From Octopus sinensis (Eukaryota), in assembly GCF_006345805.1 (NCBI RefSeq), contig NC_042997.1:147684001-147748000 (forward strand): DNA of 64,000 nt, read 5' to 3'. Below, piece by piece: positions 1-13,782 of this stretch. The notes beneath the pieces are model-generated. The model was given only the letters and a program-made list of their open reading frames with translations. It searched no databases and was not told the DNA's origin. Position numbers and translations under genes: made by a program. How positions within the stretch are numbered: position 1 is the first letter of the stretch; each line of letters begins with the position of its first letter.

Positions 1-116
1 GGATGAAAGGCAAAGCCGATCTTAGCGGAATTGGAACTCAGAACCTAAAAAACCGGGAAGACATGCCGCTAAGCATTTTGTCTAGAGTGCTGACAACTTT
101 ACCAGTTCACCGCCTT
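1..116 (-). mobile_element. SINE-B 5' part (tRNA-derived SINE), cut by the window edge
   Basis: Reverse complement reads aaggcggtgaactggtaaag...gttctgagttccaattccgctaagatcggctttgcctttcatcc, a diverged version of the SINE-B head at 53158. Confidence 0.8.
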
Positions 117-195
117 AAAATAATAATGATAATAATAATGATGATGATGATAATAATGATAATAATAATAATAGTGATGATAATAATGATAAATA
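117..195. repeat. Imperfect (ATA/ATG)n trinucleotide tract
   Basis: Direct reading; explains the poly-I/M stretch of ORF 3..221. Confidence 0.95.
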
Positions 196-482
196 GAAAT
201 AACAAAAGATCACGCTTATAAAATATAAAGCAAAACAGAAAAATTGAAGAATGAAAAGAAAATATAAAAGAACTTCAACAACAAAGGAAACAGAAACAAA
301 CTGGTTGATCAGAATAGCTGACCAAAAAGATTGACAACAATAGACAACGAATCAATATAGTTCATAATAATGTTTCTTCGTAGAAATTGGCAAAAAGAAG
401 CGATTGGTTAATAAGAGGCAATATCTAGTTTAAAATGCGATGCAAAGAGAATAGGAATTCAATTGGGTTAGAATGGCAGGAG

Positions 483-483
<1 letters not shown>

Positions 484-557
<74 letters not shown>

Positions 558-1111
558 CATATATATGTATGCATGTATTATGTGCATATATGTATTGTGT
601 GTGTGTGTGCTATCTAAAGTTTCTTTGTCCTTCTACACTATACTTCTCTCTATATTTTGTCTTTTTCACTTTTCCGCCATTTTTTAGTCGTACCTTTTCG
701 ATACTTTCTACACTCTCACTATCTTTATCTAGTTTTTCTTCTATTTTACAAACACACACACATACACACACATACACACACACACTACACCCATATACAC
801 ACAAGCACAAACACTCACGGACAGGGACAGGCACACGCACAAGACACACGTACACACACATAGACACAAAATGGCAGCACACACGTGCCGAAGTTACAGG
901 AGTTGTCTTTATATTCAACATCTATTCCCTCTGTTTTTCGCTTTCTCTTTCCTTCTCCTTAAGCCCTCCCTCTGTTCTTTCTTTATTTGCTGTCTAATTT
1001 CCTATACAGTGTTAACAGCCTATCAAATCGTTTCAATCTTTCTTCCTTTTCCAACAGATTCACGCAGACAGACTGAAACATATTTACATACAAGAGACAC
1101 ACACACTGGCA

Positions 1112-1171
<60 letters not shown>

Positions 1172-1325
1172 TATATACATATGTATATATGCATCATTGT
1201 ACATATACGTATGCACCTCTGTGTGCATGTGTCCATCTATCTATCAATTTGCTCATATACATGCATGCGTATACTCACACACACATTATACATGATATGC
1301 ATATATATGTATATATGAATGTATG

Positions 1326-1385
<60 letters not shown>

Positions 1386-1711
1386 GAGTGTGTGTATATG
1401 TGTGTCTGCACGCGTGTGTTATATAAATATGTATACATACGTTCATATATATATATATATATATGCACATATGTACTTATGTATATGTCTGTGGGTATTT
1501 GGGTACTTCAACCATTACATGTTCTATCGTAGGCAAAACGATGTGGTATATACGCATATATGTATGTACATATGTATATGTGAGTGTGCGCGCGCGGGCG
1601 TATGCATGTATGTGTGTGTGTGGCTATACATGTATTGCATACATGTACATCCAAATACAGAGAGACTTAGAAATAAGGGGAGAGTTGGAGGAAGAAAGAG
1701 GGAAAGGGACC

Positions 1712-1750
<39 letters not shown>

Positions 1751-1760
1751 AAGAAAAAGT
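484..1760. repeat. Cluster of (TA)n, (CA)n, (TG)n and (GA)n microsatellites
   Basis: (TA)n at about 484-557, 1114-1172, 1328-1385; (GA)n at about 1713-1750; source of the YI/TH/RE ORFs. Confidence 0.95.
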
Positions 1761-2862
1761 GAAAGACTAAGGCAAGGAAGACAGAAACGTATTGATATGT
1801 ATGTAGATTGATAGCTATAAATACATACCATCGTTTATATTGTTTCCTAACCATTGTCTCGATTTAGAGCAGAAAATGAGGAATAAAAATAAATAAATAA
1901 ATAAATAAAAGGAAAACAATGCAATAAATAAAAAAAACTTACAACAAAGGATTCCAGTAAAGTAAAAAACAAACAAACAAAAAAGAATTCTAAGCACTTG
2001 AATAATCGAAGTGTTGATTTAATACCAAACTTTTCTTAGTTTCGCCTACAGCTTTCTGGGCTTTCTGCTTTAAGAATTCATCTATTTCCTTCATTATTAC
2101 AACTGTTATTATTGTTAATGCTCGTTTTCTTTCTTTTCCTCATTCCTTCTCCTTCACCTCTTCATTTTATATTATTATATTCATCACCATTATCATTATC
2201 ATCATTATTTGTTGCTGTTGGTATTATTGTTGTTCTTGCTGTTAGTGTTAGTGTTCCGGCATTTGTTCATGTTGCCTTTGTTTTGTTGTCAGATCAAAGA
2301 AGTCGTTATTCATTTAGATGTAAAGCTTTCAATGGACTTTGCTTATATCATCACTGGTAATCTTCAGTGAAAACCGGATACAAATGCTTAAGTGTTTCAC
2401 TGTCAGCTCGTTCTAAATGTACATACTTCTTTTCATATTTTCTGACCGAGTATCTATCAGTCTCTATGTTATTGCTGTTGTTTTTATTTTTATCGTTGTC
2501 CTTCTTTTTGCTATGGTTTACGCTCATTTCGCCCTTATTCGTTTAGATCTATCATAAAAGGTATTCCAGGCATAATGATTCGGAGTTTTATAAGATATAG
2601 TATACCTATGGAAATAACTTCATTATGTCCTTTGAAAAATTAGACGTGCGATTCGAAAGACGTTTGGCTACTACATCTAGCACGTATAATGACAATAGAG
2701 AAGTTCCCTTTTCAGCTTTCTTGTCCTCTCATATCTGTGGCTGATGTTGTTACACATAAATTCATCTCACAATAGAAATATAAACATCAGGTTTATATCT
2801 CGATATGTACAAATCTTGAATTGGAGAAACAATATAAGAGGAAACGAATAGTAAACATGTTT

Positions 2863-3129
2863 GGTGCTACAGTATGGCCGCAGTCAAATGACTGAAACAA
2901 GTAAAAGAGTAAAAGAGTGGGGTGTACAAAAATCTAAAAGCGTGACTGCGTGTCTAAGAAGCTTGCTTCCCAACCACATGGTTTCAGGCTCAGTCCCACT
3001 GCGTGGTACCTTGGGCAAGTGTCTTCTACTTTCACCTCAGGCTGGTCAAAGCTTTATGTGTGGATTTGGTGAACGGAAATTAAAAGAAACCCGTCGTGTA
3101 TACATACATACATACATACATATATTGAT

Positions 3130-3227
<98 letters not shown>

Positions 3228-3268
3228 TGTGTTTGTGGGGGCGTTTTTTGTGTCTATGCTTGTCCCTC
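2863..3268 (+). mobile_element. SINE-A 3' tail fragment followed by a diverged, 3'-truncated SINE-A
   Basis: 2863-2917 is the tail ggtgctacagtatggccgcagtcaaatgactgaaacaagtaaaagag; 2938-3268 is the head with cttgcttcccaaccacatggtttcaggctcagtcccactgcgtgg and an internal microsatellite. Confidence 0.85.
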
Positions 3269-3365
3269 ACTACTAGTCGACACATTGTAGTCCCGTGTGT
3301 AGAATACAAAATCGCAAAAATTTTCAGAAATTCAAAAGAATGAACAAATTATAACAAATTATATA

Positions 3366-3746
3366 GGCGCAGGAGTGGCTGTGTGGTAAGTAGCTTGTCT
3401 ACCAACCACATGGTTCCGGGTTCAGTCCCACTGCGTGGCACCTTGGGCAAGTGTTTTCTACTAAAGCCTTGTGAGTGGATTTGGTAGACGGAAACTGAAA
3501 GAAGCCTGTCGTATATATGTATATATATATAAATATGCGTGTGTGTGTTTGTGTGTCTGTTTGTCCCCTAGCATTGCTTGACAACCGATGCTGGTGTGTT
3601 TATGTCCCCGTTACTTAGCGGTTCGGCAAAAGAGACCGATAGAATAAGTACTGGGCTTACAAAAGAATAAGTCCCGGGGTCGAGTTGCTCGATTAAAGGC
3701 GGTGCTCCAGCATGGCCGCAGTCAAATGACTGAAACAAGTAACAGA
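3366..3746 (+). mobile_element. SINE-A, near full length (tRNA-like head, internal (TA)/(TG) microsatellite, aaaaga-type tail)
   Basis: A-box-like tggctgtgtgg, B-box-like ggttcagtccc, CORE-like ccttgggcaagt; more than 10 homologous copies in the window; lacks the tagcctcgggccgacc segment. Confidence 0.92.
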
Positions 3747-4716
3747 GGGTAATATGGGGTGCTTCAAGCAGAATCACGCCCTTATTAAAACAATCACAAC
3801 AAGGAATTCCACCCGCAATCTACGTGCCACTCGAAGAGAGTGGTAACAGCTCTAGCTAGGTCATTCATGGCATTAGACTTACGTTCTAAACGTGTAGTTG
3901 TTTCAAAATAACACAATACTCCGCAGTTTATATTGTTCTTGTATGCCCAGGTTAAGATAGATGTTTCATTAAATTTTTGTTCTCGTGTGAAAAAGCGTAA
4001 AAGAAAATTTGAAATGGAAACAATTTTAATGCAGAATTTTTAGAGAACCTTTATAATGCATGATTTCTAAAATAGGAAGATATGCTTAATCTATTTTTGC
4101 ATTTATATTTCAAGTATTTACATTCATATTTTAATTTTAAAAGGAAAGAAAGCAGAAACGATTGAAATACTCTTCGCGTTTAAAATGCATCCACCAACGG
4201 AATGAAATTAGTGACGTCGACTGGTCTTTGAAATTGAGTTCTCTCCTTTAAAGTACCGTAGTATGGGAATGTGGAATGCGTGTGTGTGTGTGTGTGTGTG
4301 TGGGTGTGTGTGTGTCTGTGTGTGTGATGAAAGCTCTGAAGCTGCCATGATTACTTTTAAAAGATAAGTAAGGGATTGTAGACAGTCTTTTTATCATAGG
4401 CTTTATGAAGAATGAAAAAGAGTGTACGTCTTCGTTCGAGATGAGCTATTTCAAGATTTAGAATATTTCGAATTTGAAAACTATTTCAACTTCGCTGTTT
4501 TCATGTACATGAATCTCTCTCTCATCCTTCTGAAGATTTCTTTCTTTTTCTTCTTTTTACTTAAAAGATTAATGTAAAACAGATTAGATATGTGCACCAT
4601 CTTTAAAGTGTTGGTAACAACTTCCTAACGCGTAATATGTATGTATAATCTATGTATCGATTGATGTGCGTATGTAGGCATTTTATATATATATATATAT
4701 ATAATATATATATATA

Positions 4717-4756
<40 letters not shown>

Positions 4757-4764
4757 TATACACG

Positions 4765-4806
<42 letters not shown>

Positions 4807-5360
4807 AAGTATATATATATATATATTTATAAGTATATATATATATTTGGCTGTATATAGTCAGAAAAGAACAGCCTGCTCAGTGTTAAATAGATATATG
4901 CGTATGTACAGTGCAAACGTTGTCAGAAATAGACATTTCTGCTTCTATTACATATACTGACATTCAATTAAACACAAATCACACGCATATCGGAACAATT
5001 ATTACACTAATACAGATACATACATGCATAAATATATGTACGTACATATGTATGTATGTATGCGTGTATATATGTATAGCGCTATGTTCAATCCAACCAA
5101 GAATATTTAAAGATACACGTGTTCTTTTTTTCTATTTGTGAGCTTGCGAACAGCTAGATTATTTAAAATTACACAGAAAAACCTAATACACATGAATACA
5201 AACAAAAATAAATGATACTGCAAATAGCAAAACCTTCGAGGGATATTGTGATTTCACTTGAGCGTGGAGTTTAAAACCGATACAGCTAATTCAATAGCTA
5301 GTTCCCGTGGGATGTATTAGTCATGAAGATTATAACAAACCATACAAGAAGAGGCATTCC

Positions 5361-5440
<80 letters not shown>

Positions 5441-5442
5441 TA

Positions 5443-5491
<49 letters not shown>

Positions 5492-5514
5492 GTATGTATA
5501 TATGAGTATGTATA

Positions 5515-5563
<49 letters not shown>

Positions 5564-5876
5564 CATACATATACATTGTATAATTATATATATCTATATG
5601 AATGTGTGTGTGTATATATAAATTGATATGCCTATATGTTGTTTTATGTATGTATGCACAGATACATACATATCATATAGTAACATGAGAGGTTTCATTG
5701 CTTTTTTTTTACCCCTCTCTCACACGCACGTGGATGCATGCACACGCATTCATTTATAAAACGTACATACATATATACGTACACGTACATACAGATAGAG
5801 AGACACACACATACAGATTCATATTTGTATATGAATATATCTCTATATCATGTTTACATAAACATACCAACACACA

Positions 5877-5922
<46 letters not shown>

Positions 5923-5984
5923 ATATATAACTGTTATAACAGCAACAATTATATTAAGGACAGCAGCTGGGAATGACAGCAAGC

Positions 5985-6262
5985 GTATCAATATCTGAAT
6001 GTCGAACATATTCATGGCTATACACCCAAACCTTTGAAATAGTTTTGTATTCACGGGATAATGTTTTGACGTGAAACAAGTCCTGATATTATTTCATTGA
6101 AGATTTTCACCCTTCTAAAACATAAAAATGTATATAAGAAAATAAAATGACCAAACGGATGCGTGGAAGCTAAGGAAGTATATGGCAGCAAGTTACAAAT
6201 TGTATGCTGAAGAGGAAAGGGAATAAAGTAAGCTGTCGAAACAGCTCGTCAATAAAACATGT
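5985..6262 (+). mobile_element. Decayed Penelope-like element 3' end (GIY-YIG C-terminus plus terminal-repeat remnant)
   Basis: Frame with stops reads FEIVLYSRDNVLT*NKS*YYFIEDFHPSKT*, resembling the PLE endonuclease C-terminal E-x-YFI-xx-F-x-P-x-LN pattern; followed by CTGAAGA...GAAAC...GTC and AATAAA. Confidence 0.45.
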
Positions 6263-6265
6263 TTT

Positions 6266-7065
6266 GGTGATGATGATGATGATGATGAGGATGATGAGGA
6301 TGATGGTTATGACGGTTTCACGGTGAGGGAGATGGTGAATATGAGAACAATGTGACCGATGATGATAATGATAATGACGACGATGATGGTGTTGATGATG
6401 ATGGAAAACATGATGATGATGATGATGATGATGACACTGGTGTTTATGATGGCGATGGTGATTATGATGATGATTATGACAGTGAAGAGATAGCAAAGAT
6501 GAGGACAAAGATGATGATAATGATGATGAGGATGATGATGGTGATGGATTTGCGTCTGTTACTGATTGTGGTAATAATTTTGGTGATGATGATGACAATG
6601 ATGATGGCGTTCATGTTGGTTAAGACGATTGGAACGATGATATAAATGATGATGATGTACAAGAGTAGAAAGAAGGAGAGGGCGAAAGAAGAATGGAAGA
6701 ATGGCGATTGAAACTATGGTGACGATTATATTACTGGTGGTGGTGATGACGATCATAATGATGATGGTGGTGGTGGGAATGATGAGGGTAACGATCATGG
6801 TGATGATGTGGGAGAGGAGGAGAAAGAGGTTTGGAAAGATGATTATGACGATTAGGATTATGGTAATGTTGTTGTTGATGATGATAATGATGATGATGGT
6901 AGTGGTGATGGTGTTGTTGGTGGTTTGGAGGCTAGCATAATGGTCATGTTGATTTTGAAGGTTATGATGATGATGATGATGATGACGGTGATGGTGGTGA
7001 TGGTTAGAGAAGCGATGTTAATGTTGATGATGATGATGTTAATGTTGATGATAATTACATCGGTG
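6266..7065. repeat. Long degenerate (GAT/GGT)n cryptic repeat
   Basis: Direct reading; gives poly-D, poly-M and poly-H ORFs in different frames. Confidence 0.92.
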
Positions 7066-7154
7066 GTTAGTTTTGATAAAGATATGGGACCCTAAAAAAA
7101 TAGTAGATAAGAAAATCCCAAACAAAATAACGAGGATTAAAAATATATAAATAG

Positions 7155-7310
7155 AGGCGCAGGCGTGGCTGTGTAGTAAGTAGCTTGCTTACCAACCACA
7201 TGGCTCCGGGTTCAGTCGCACTGCGTGACACCTTGGGCTTCCGCTATAGCCTCGGGCCGACTAAACCCTTGTGAGTGGATTTGGTAGACGGAAACTGAAA
7301 GAAGCTCGTC

Positions 7311-7346
<36 letters not shown>

Positions 7347-7554
7347 GTGTGTGTGCGTTTGTGTGTCTGTGTTTGTACTCCCAACGTCATTGGCAACTGA
7401 TGTTGGTACGTTTACGGCCTCGTAACTTAGCGGCTCGGCAAAACAGACTGATAGAAAAATACTGGGTTTACAAAGAATAAGTCACGGGGTCGATTTGTTC
7501 AACTAAAAGGCGGTGCTGCGGCATGGCCACAGTCAAATAAAAGAATAAAAGAAT
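7155..7554 (+). mobile_element. SINE-A, full length
   Basis: Head, internal (TA)n(TG)n, right half and aaaagaataaaaga tail all present. Confidence 0.92.
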
Positions 7555-7846
7555 ACAACCCATTAATAATAAACACCAACACCAACAGCAAAAACAAAAA
7601 ATGTAATATATTATGAGAATTTATTTTTGTTTCAGCTGTTTTTCAATATTTAAATATAATTAAGTGCACTGTATTAAAGAAACTTAAGATCTAGTTAACT
7701 TGGAGGTGGGAAAATAAATTATATAAATAAAGAGTCCCATCTGGATTTCAAAGGGAGATTATATGCAATTTTGCACCTCATTCCTCCCCGCCATCTAAAA
7801 AAAAAATAAAATACTGCACTCAATTTTAATAACATAAACACACGTA

Positions 7847-7881
<35 letters not shown>

Positions 7882-7974
7882 ACACAAACACACACACAAA
7901 CAAACAAACGCACACAAACACACGCACATACACACATACATATACATGCATATATACAGACATAGATGTGTGTA

Positions 7975-8274
7975 GCGCAGGCATAGCCTTGTGATAAGAA
8001 GTTTGCTTCCCAACCACATGATTTCGGGTTCAGTCTCACCGCGTTGCAACTTGGGAAACTCTCTTCAAATATAGTCTCGGGCCCACGAAGGCCTTGTAAG
8101 TAGATTTGTTTTACGGAAATATATATATATATATATAGACGCAGGAGTGGCTCTGTGGAAAGTAGCTTGCTTAGTAACTACATGGTTCCGGATTCGGTCC
8201 CACTGCTTAGCACCTTGGGCAAGTGACCAAAGCCTTGTGAGTGGATTTGATAGAAAGAAACTGAAAGAATCCCG

Positions 8275-8331
<57 letters not shown>

Positions 8332-8371
8332 TGTCAAGCGATGGTGGGGTTTCAAAGACAGATACACAAAC

Positions 8372-8433
<62 letters not shown>

Positions 8434-8640
8434 GTTTGTGTATCTGTCTTTGAACACCCACCATCGCTTGACAATCGATATTGATGCGTTTACGTCCCCG
8501 TAACTTAGCGGTTCCGCGTAAGATACCGATAGAATAAGTACTAGGCTTAGAAAGAATAAGTCATGGGGTTGATTTTCTCGACTAAAGGCGGTGCACCAGC
8601 ATGGCCGCAGTCTGATGGGTGAAACCAATAAGAGATAAAA
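7975..8640 (+). mobile_element. Diverged SINE-A head (7975-8118) followed by a full SINE-A (8138-8640) with an internal inverted duplication
   Basis: Homology to other SINE-A copies; palindrome 8328-8477 within the second copy. Confidence 0.88.
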
Positions 8641-8827
8641 TACACACTTATATACACACTGCTTTAAAAGAACCTCACATCTATTATGAATTATTTGCCA
8701 TTGCTGAACACTACACCAGAGTGACATTTAGACTTAAATAGTCCAAATTAGAAGCGGTAAACTAATAGGCTATTATTCCTCAAGCCAGCGTTGTTTCATC
8801 GAGTAAGATGGTCTTAAAAATATTGTT

Positions 8828-9156
8828 ATAAAGGGTAAAGGACTTCTTCGGTAACGAAGGGCCATGAGTTTGCATCTAGATATTTCAGCTCCGATGCTCA
8901 AGTCCGGACAAGATTGTTTGTGGAAGACCAGCAGTCTCTCCTCTCCACGCCACTGATGTTATCCATGCGAAAGGCAAAGGCCGATACAGCTTGGCAACAT
9001 TGACGACGCAACTTATTTCTACAGCTGAGTGAACTGGAGCAACGTGAAATAAAGCGTCTTGCTCAAGTACACAACTGACAACCCGGTCCGGGAATCGAAT
9101 GTACAACCAAAGGATTGTAAACCCGATCCTCTAACCACTGAGCCATGCCGCTTCAC
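8828..9156 (-). mobile_element. SINE-D (tRNA-derived, with cttgagcaagacgctttatttcacgttgctccagttcactcagctgtagaaat central domain)
   Basis: Reverse complement has A box tggctcagtgg and B box ttcgattccc; homologous copy at 41225-41520. Confidence 0.85.
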
Positions 9157-9161
9157 AGTAT

Positions 9162-9647
9162 TATTTTTTTCCACTCTCGGCACAAGGCCCGAAATTTGGG
9201 GGGAGGGAGCCAGTCGATTAGACTGAATCGAGTACGAAACTGGTACTTCATTAATCGACCCCGAAAAGGCAAAGTCGACCGCGGCAGAATTTGAACTTAT
9301 AACGTAAAGACAGACGAAATACCTATTTCTTTACTACCCACAAGGGGCTACACATAGAGGGGACAAACAAGGAGAGATAAACGGATTAAGTCGGTTACAT
9401 CGACTCCAGTTCGCAACTGGTACTTAATTTATCGATTTCCGATGGATGAAAGGCAAAGTCGACCTCGGCGGAATTTGCGCTCAGAACGTAACGGCAGACG
9501 AAATACCACTAAGCATTTCGGCCGGCGTGCTAACGTTTCTTATTTCTTTATTGCCCACAGGGGGCTAAACATAGAGGGGACAAACAAGGACAGACAAAGG
9601 GTTGAGTCGATTACATTGTGCTAACGTTTCTGCCAGCTCGCCGCCTT
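9162..9647 (-). mobile_element. SINE-B carrying two nested B' insertions
   Basis: Head ggcggcgagctggcagaaacg; direct repeats 9527-9540/9618-9631 and 9311-9323/9495-9507 flank segments ending in the B' tail. Confidence 0.9.
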
Positions 9648-10726
9648 CCCTTCACGGTATTATTATGGCAAAAATATATATTCAATAAATTTAGATTATA
9701 AATAATCAATGAAAACAGGAATATAATGTTTTATTTCCTTTGTATTGTTTAAATATATAAATGGATTGAGTACTGTTTTATTTGTTTTCAGTTTCCGGAA
9801 CTTGAATAAGTAATACTTTTGATATATTTGTAGTTGTTGTGGTTGCTTTTATTCTTTAACCCAGATAGACCATTTTGTTTTATTTTCAAAAACAAAATAT
9901 CCGGGATTATATTAATCAATTATTCCATAAACTGGAACGGGTAACTTACATAGATTCGTATTTCAGGTTTTCGGGATCAAGGCCCTAAGTTTATGGGTTC
10001 GATTCATGGACCGGGCAGCGAATTGAATGAACTATTGAACATGGCAGTTCAATTTATGCTCCTTCAGTCTGTATAGCTGTAATTAATATCAAAGTGCTGG
10101 TGCCCTCATCTCTCCATCATGCGGTCATATTCTTTATATTCAGGTCAATGAATAATGGTTGGATAAAGAAATAAGCGGCTCTGGGTCTGTTGTCGATTAT
10201 AGTCTCTTAAAACAATTACCAAAAACACTGTAAATGTTAACAAGTGATACTTGCTTGTGAATGACGGCCGCGATGATATTTTTACAGTGGTACGTGAATA
10301 CATATTTAGCTACTATTTCTAGCAATTCCAAAATACACTTGCAAACTTCATTGTTGATATATTTTTGCCTCCTTAATTTGATTCTTTCGGTGTTATTTTT
10401 GTTTGCTTTTCCTTTTCCGTTTGGTATTTTTACAACATATTTTTCTATTCTGGTTGTTACTGTTGTGTTGTTGACTGTGGCTTAAATATAGAGCGCGTTA
10501 CATGGAGGTCACGCGCTTGCAGTGATGGGGTTGTTGATGACTCGTTGCTCAAGGAAGCAAGTAATTGGATAGTCTTCAGGATATCCTAACGTAGGAAGAA
10601 CAACTGACGGTAGTAGTGGACGAGTAGTATTGACATCTGTCTAGAACACTTTCTGTTATATTATCTAGTAAACACACACACACACAGAAACATAAATATA
10701 CACACACCACACGCAAATATATCTAT

Positions 10727-10760
<34 letters not shown>

Positions 10761-10934
10761 GATATGTATTCACACTCACATGTATACATACACATGCACA
10801 CACATGTATATATGTATATATGCATACATGGGGAGAGAGAGGAGAGAAAAATTTCACAGAAACGGATATATAGATACAAATACGTGAATATGTATATGTA
10901 GATGCATTTATACAGATATTCATATATACACATA

Positions 10935-10973
<39 letters not shown>

Positions 10974-11024
10974 TTCTATTTATATATGTGTGTGTATATG
11001 TATATACATACATATATGTATATA

Positions 11025-11120
<96 letters not shown>

Positions 11121-12302
11121 CATATATATATATATGTAGTAAAGATATATTTGTATATATACACAAACTACATATATATGTGTGTGTGTGTGTGCATATA
11201 TCTATATCTGTGTCCATATTTATACAAACTTGTACACACACACATGCATTTTCTTTCGGTATGCTATCACACATACATACATGCGTGCTTGCAGTTAGAT
11301 TGAATGACAAACGGAGTGTTGTATGCCTGTTCGAGCGCCATTGTATGTTTATCAGAATGTCCATCTGTTTGTATGTATTTATGTCTCTGCCTAAATACCA
11401 AAAGAAATTTTTTCCTGTAGATTTTCAGCGCAAACTACATATAACAGCTGTCAATTCTTTTTTGCCCACGGGTATTTATTGTTGAAGAATTACTAATATC
11501 TGAACAAGCATTTTTAAAACATTCTTTAGCAATCCTCTACATTTAAGTTACATGTATGCCCTATCTCCAAAAGAAAACATACGTCGTAAATAGATTAAAA
11601 TATCCAATGCTATGGGTAATCTGAATGTAATATGTATTTAAATGAAATCTCCATGTAATTCATCACTCAAAGAAGGTATTAGCTGATATATTAATACATC
11701 TTATCAGGGATGGTTTCTTATCCGGTGTGTTTTGAGTACGGCTAGGAGTCCAGTATCGCATTAATAAAATAGCGACTATAAAAATATTTTTCTTTTATGA
11801 AAAAACACGTTTTTCATATCTTGAATGAAATAACTTTTTTTTTTCTTTTAGCTACAATCACAAACTTCGACAATATTGCGTTAGAAAATTGTAGAGTTTC
11901 ACATATACACACTTATAGTGCCGCCCGTATATGATACAACAGGGTGAATACTTATATCCGCGGGCATGACTGGGTGGTTAGGAAGCTCATTTAGCAACTA
12001 TATGTCTCCGGGTTCGATCTTTTTACGTGGTACTTCGGTAAAAAGCTTTCGACTAAAGCTATGTGAAATTTAGTAGACGGGAGGATAATTTCCGTTCTTG
12101 GATGGTGGGTAGAATTAATTCGCCATCCAGTTTAAAATCACTAATCGTCGGTGTCCTTTGGAGGATTAATTCTGTTGCACGCATTCATGCGCGGTATCTG
12201 CTCTAATTTAATTTCGTTTCTTCCTCTCTCCTGTGCCTGAGATCATAGAATAAAGTATACATTCTTTCTTATAAAACATGTATACAACGTTTCACGGTAA
12301 AT

Positions 12303-13303
<1,001 letters not shown>

Positions 13304-13304
13304 A

Positions 13305-13305
<1 letters not shown>

Positions 13306-13338
<33 letters not shown>

Positions 13339-13782
13339 GTTATTATTAGTATTGTTGTTGTTGTTATTGATTGAGAGAGAAGCGCATGCCATCAAAGTGA
13401 CACTAGGGTACAAAAGTACGAAGCCAAATATACCCATCATGAATACCCGGCTGATAAGGGTATACGAGGAACATGCATCACAACCATATGCGCACGACGT
13501 GGTGATCTCATATCAAGATAAACAGCACATGACTTTGCAAGTGGGACCCAGTTAGAATTTTCTTCAGGTTGAGTAGCCCATACCGCTTAAAAAGTCTCTG
13601 GAGAAGGTTTGTTTAAGGATGGTGAACGAAACACCTATGTTTCCAGAGGTGAATTAATCAAACCACAAAGAATTTCTCCCAACACATGGCTATGATGCTG
13701 CCTCACTGCTCCTGCTCATGATCAAAGATGCACATATCGTCAGCCACCAAAGGTTATACTCAACTTGTTATGGTAAAACAAC
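13306..13782 (-). mobile_element. 3' portion of an (AAT)n-tailed interspersed retroelement (probably a LINE 3'UTR or SINE; family not assigned)
   Basis: Reverse complement matches 32510-32985 and 31985-32330 (gatatgagatcacc...catatggttgtgatgc...ctcaataataat). Confidence 0.8.

Noticed and set aside
9792-9809. 18-nt micro-exon after ttttatttgttttcag
   Set aside because: Weak donor, in-frame stop (FPELE*), no support.
10492-10517. Helitron 3' hairpin (agcgcgt...acgcgct)
   Set aside because: Only a 7-bp stem, and no CTRR terminus at the expected distance on either strand.
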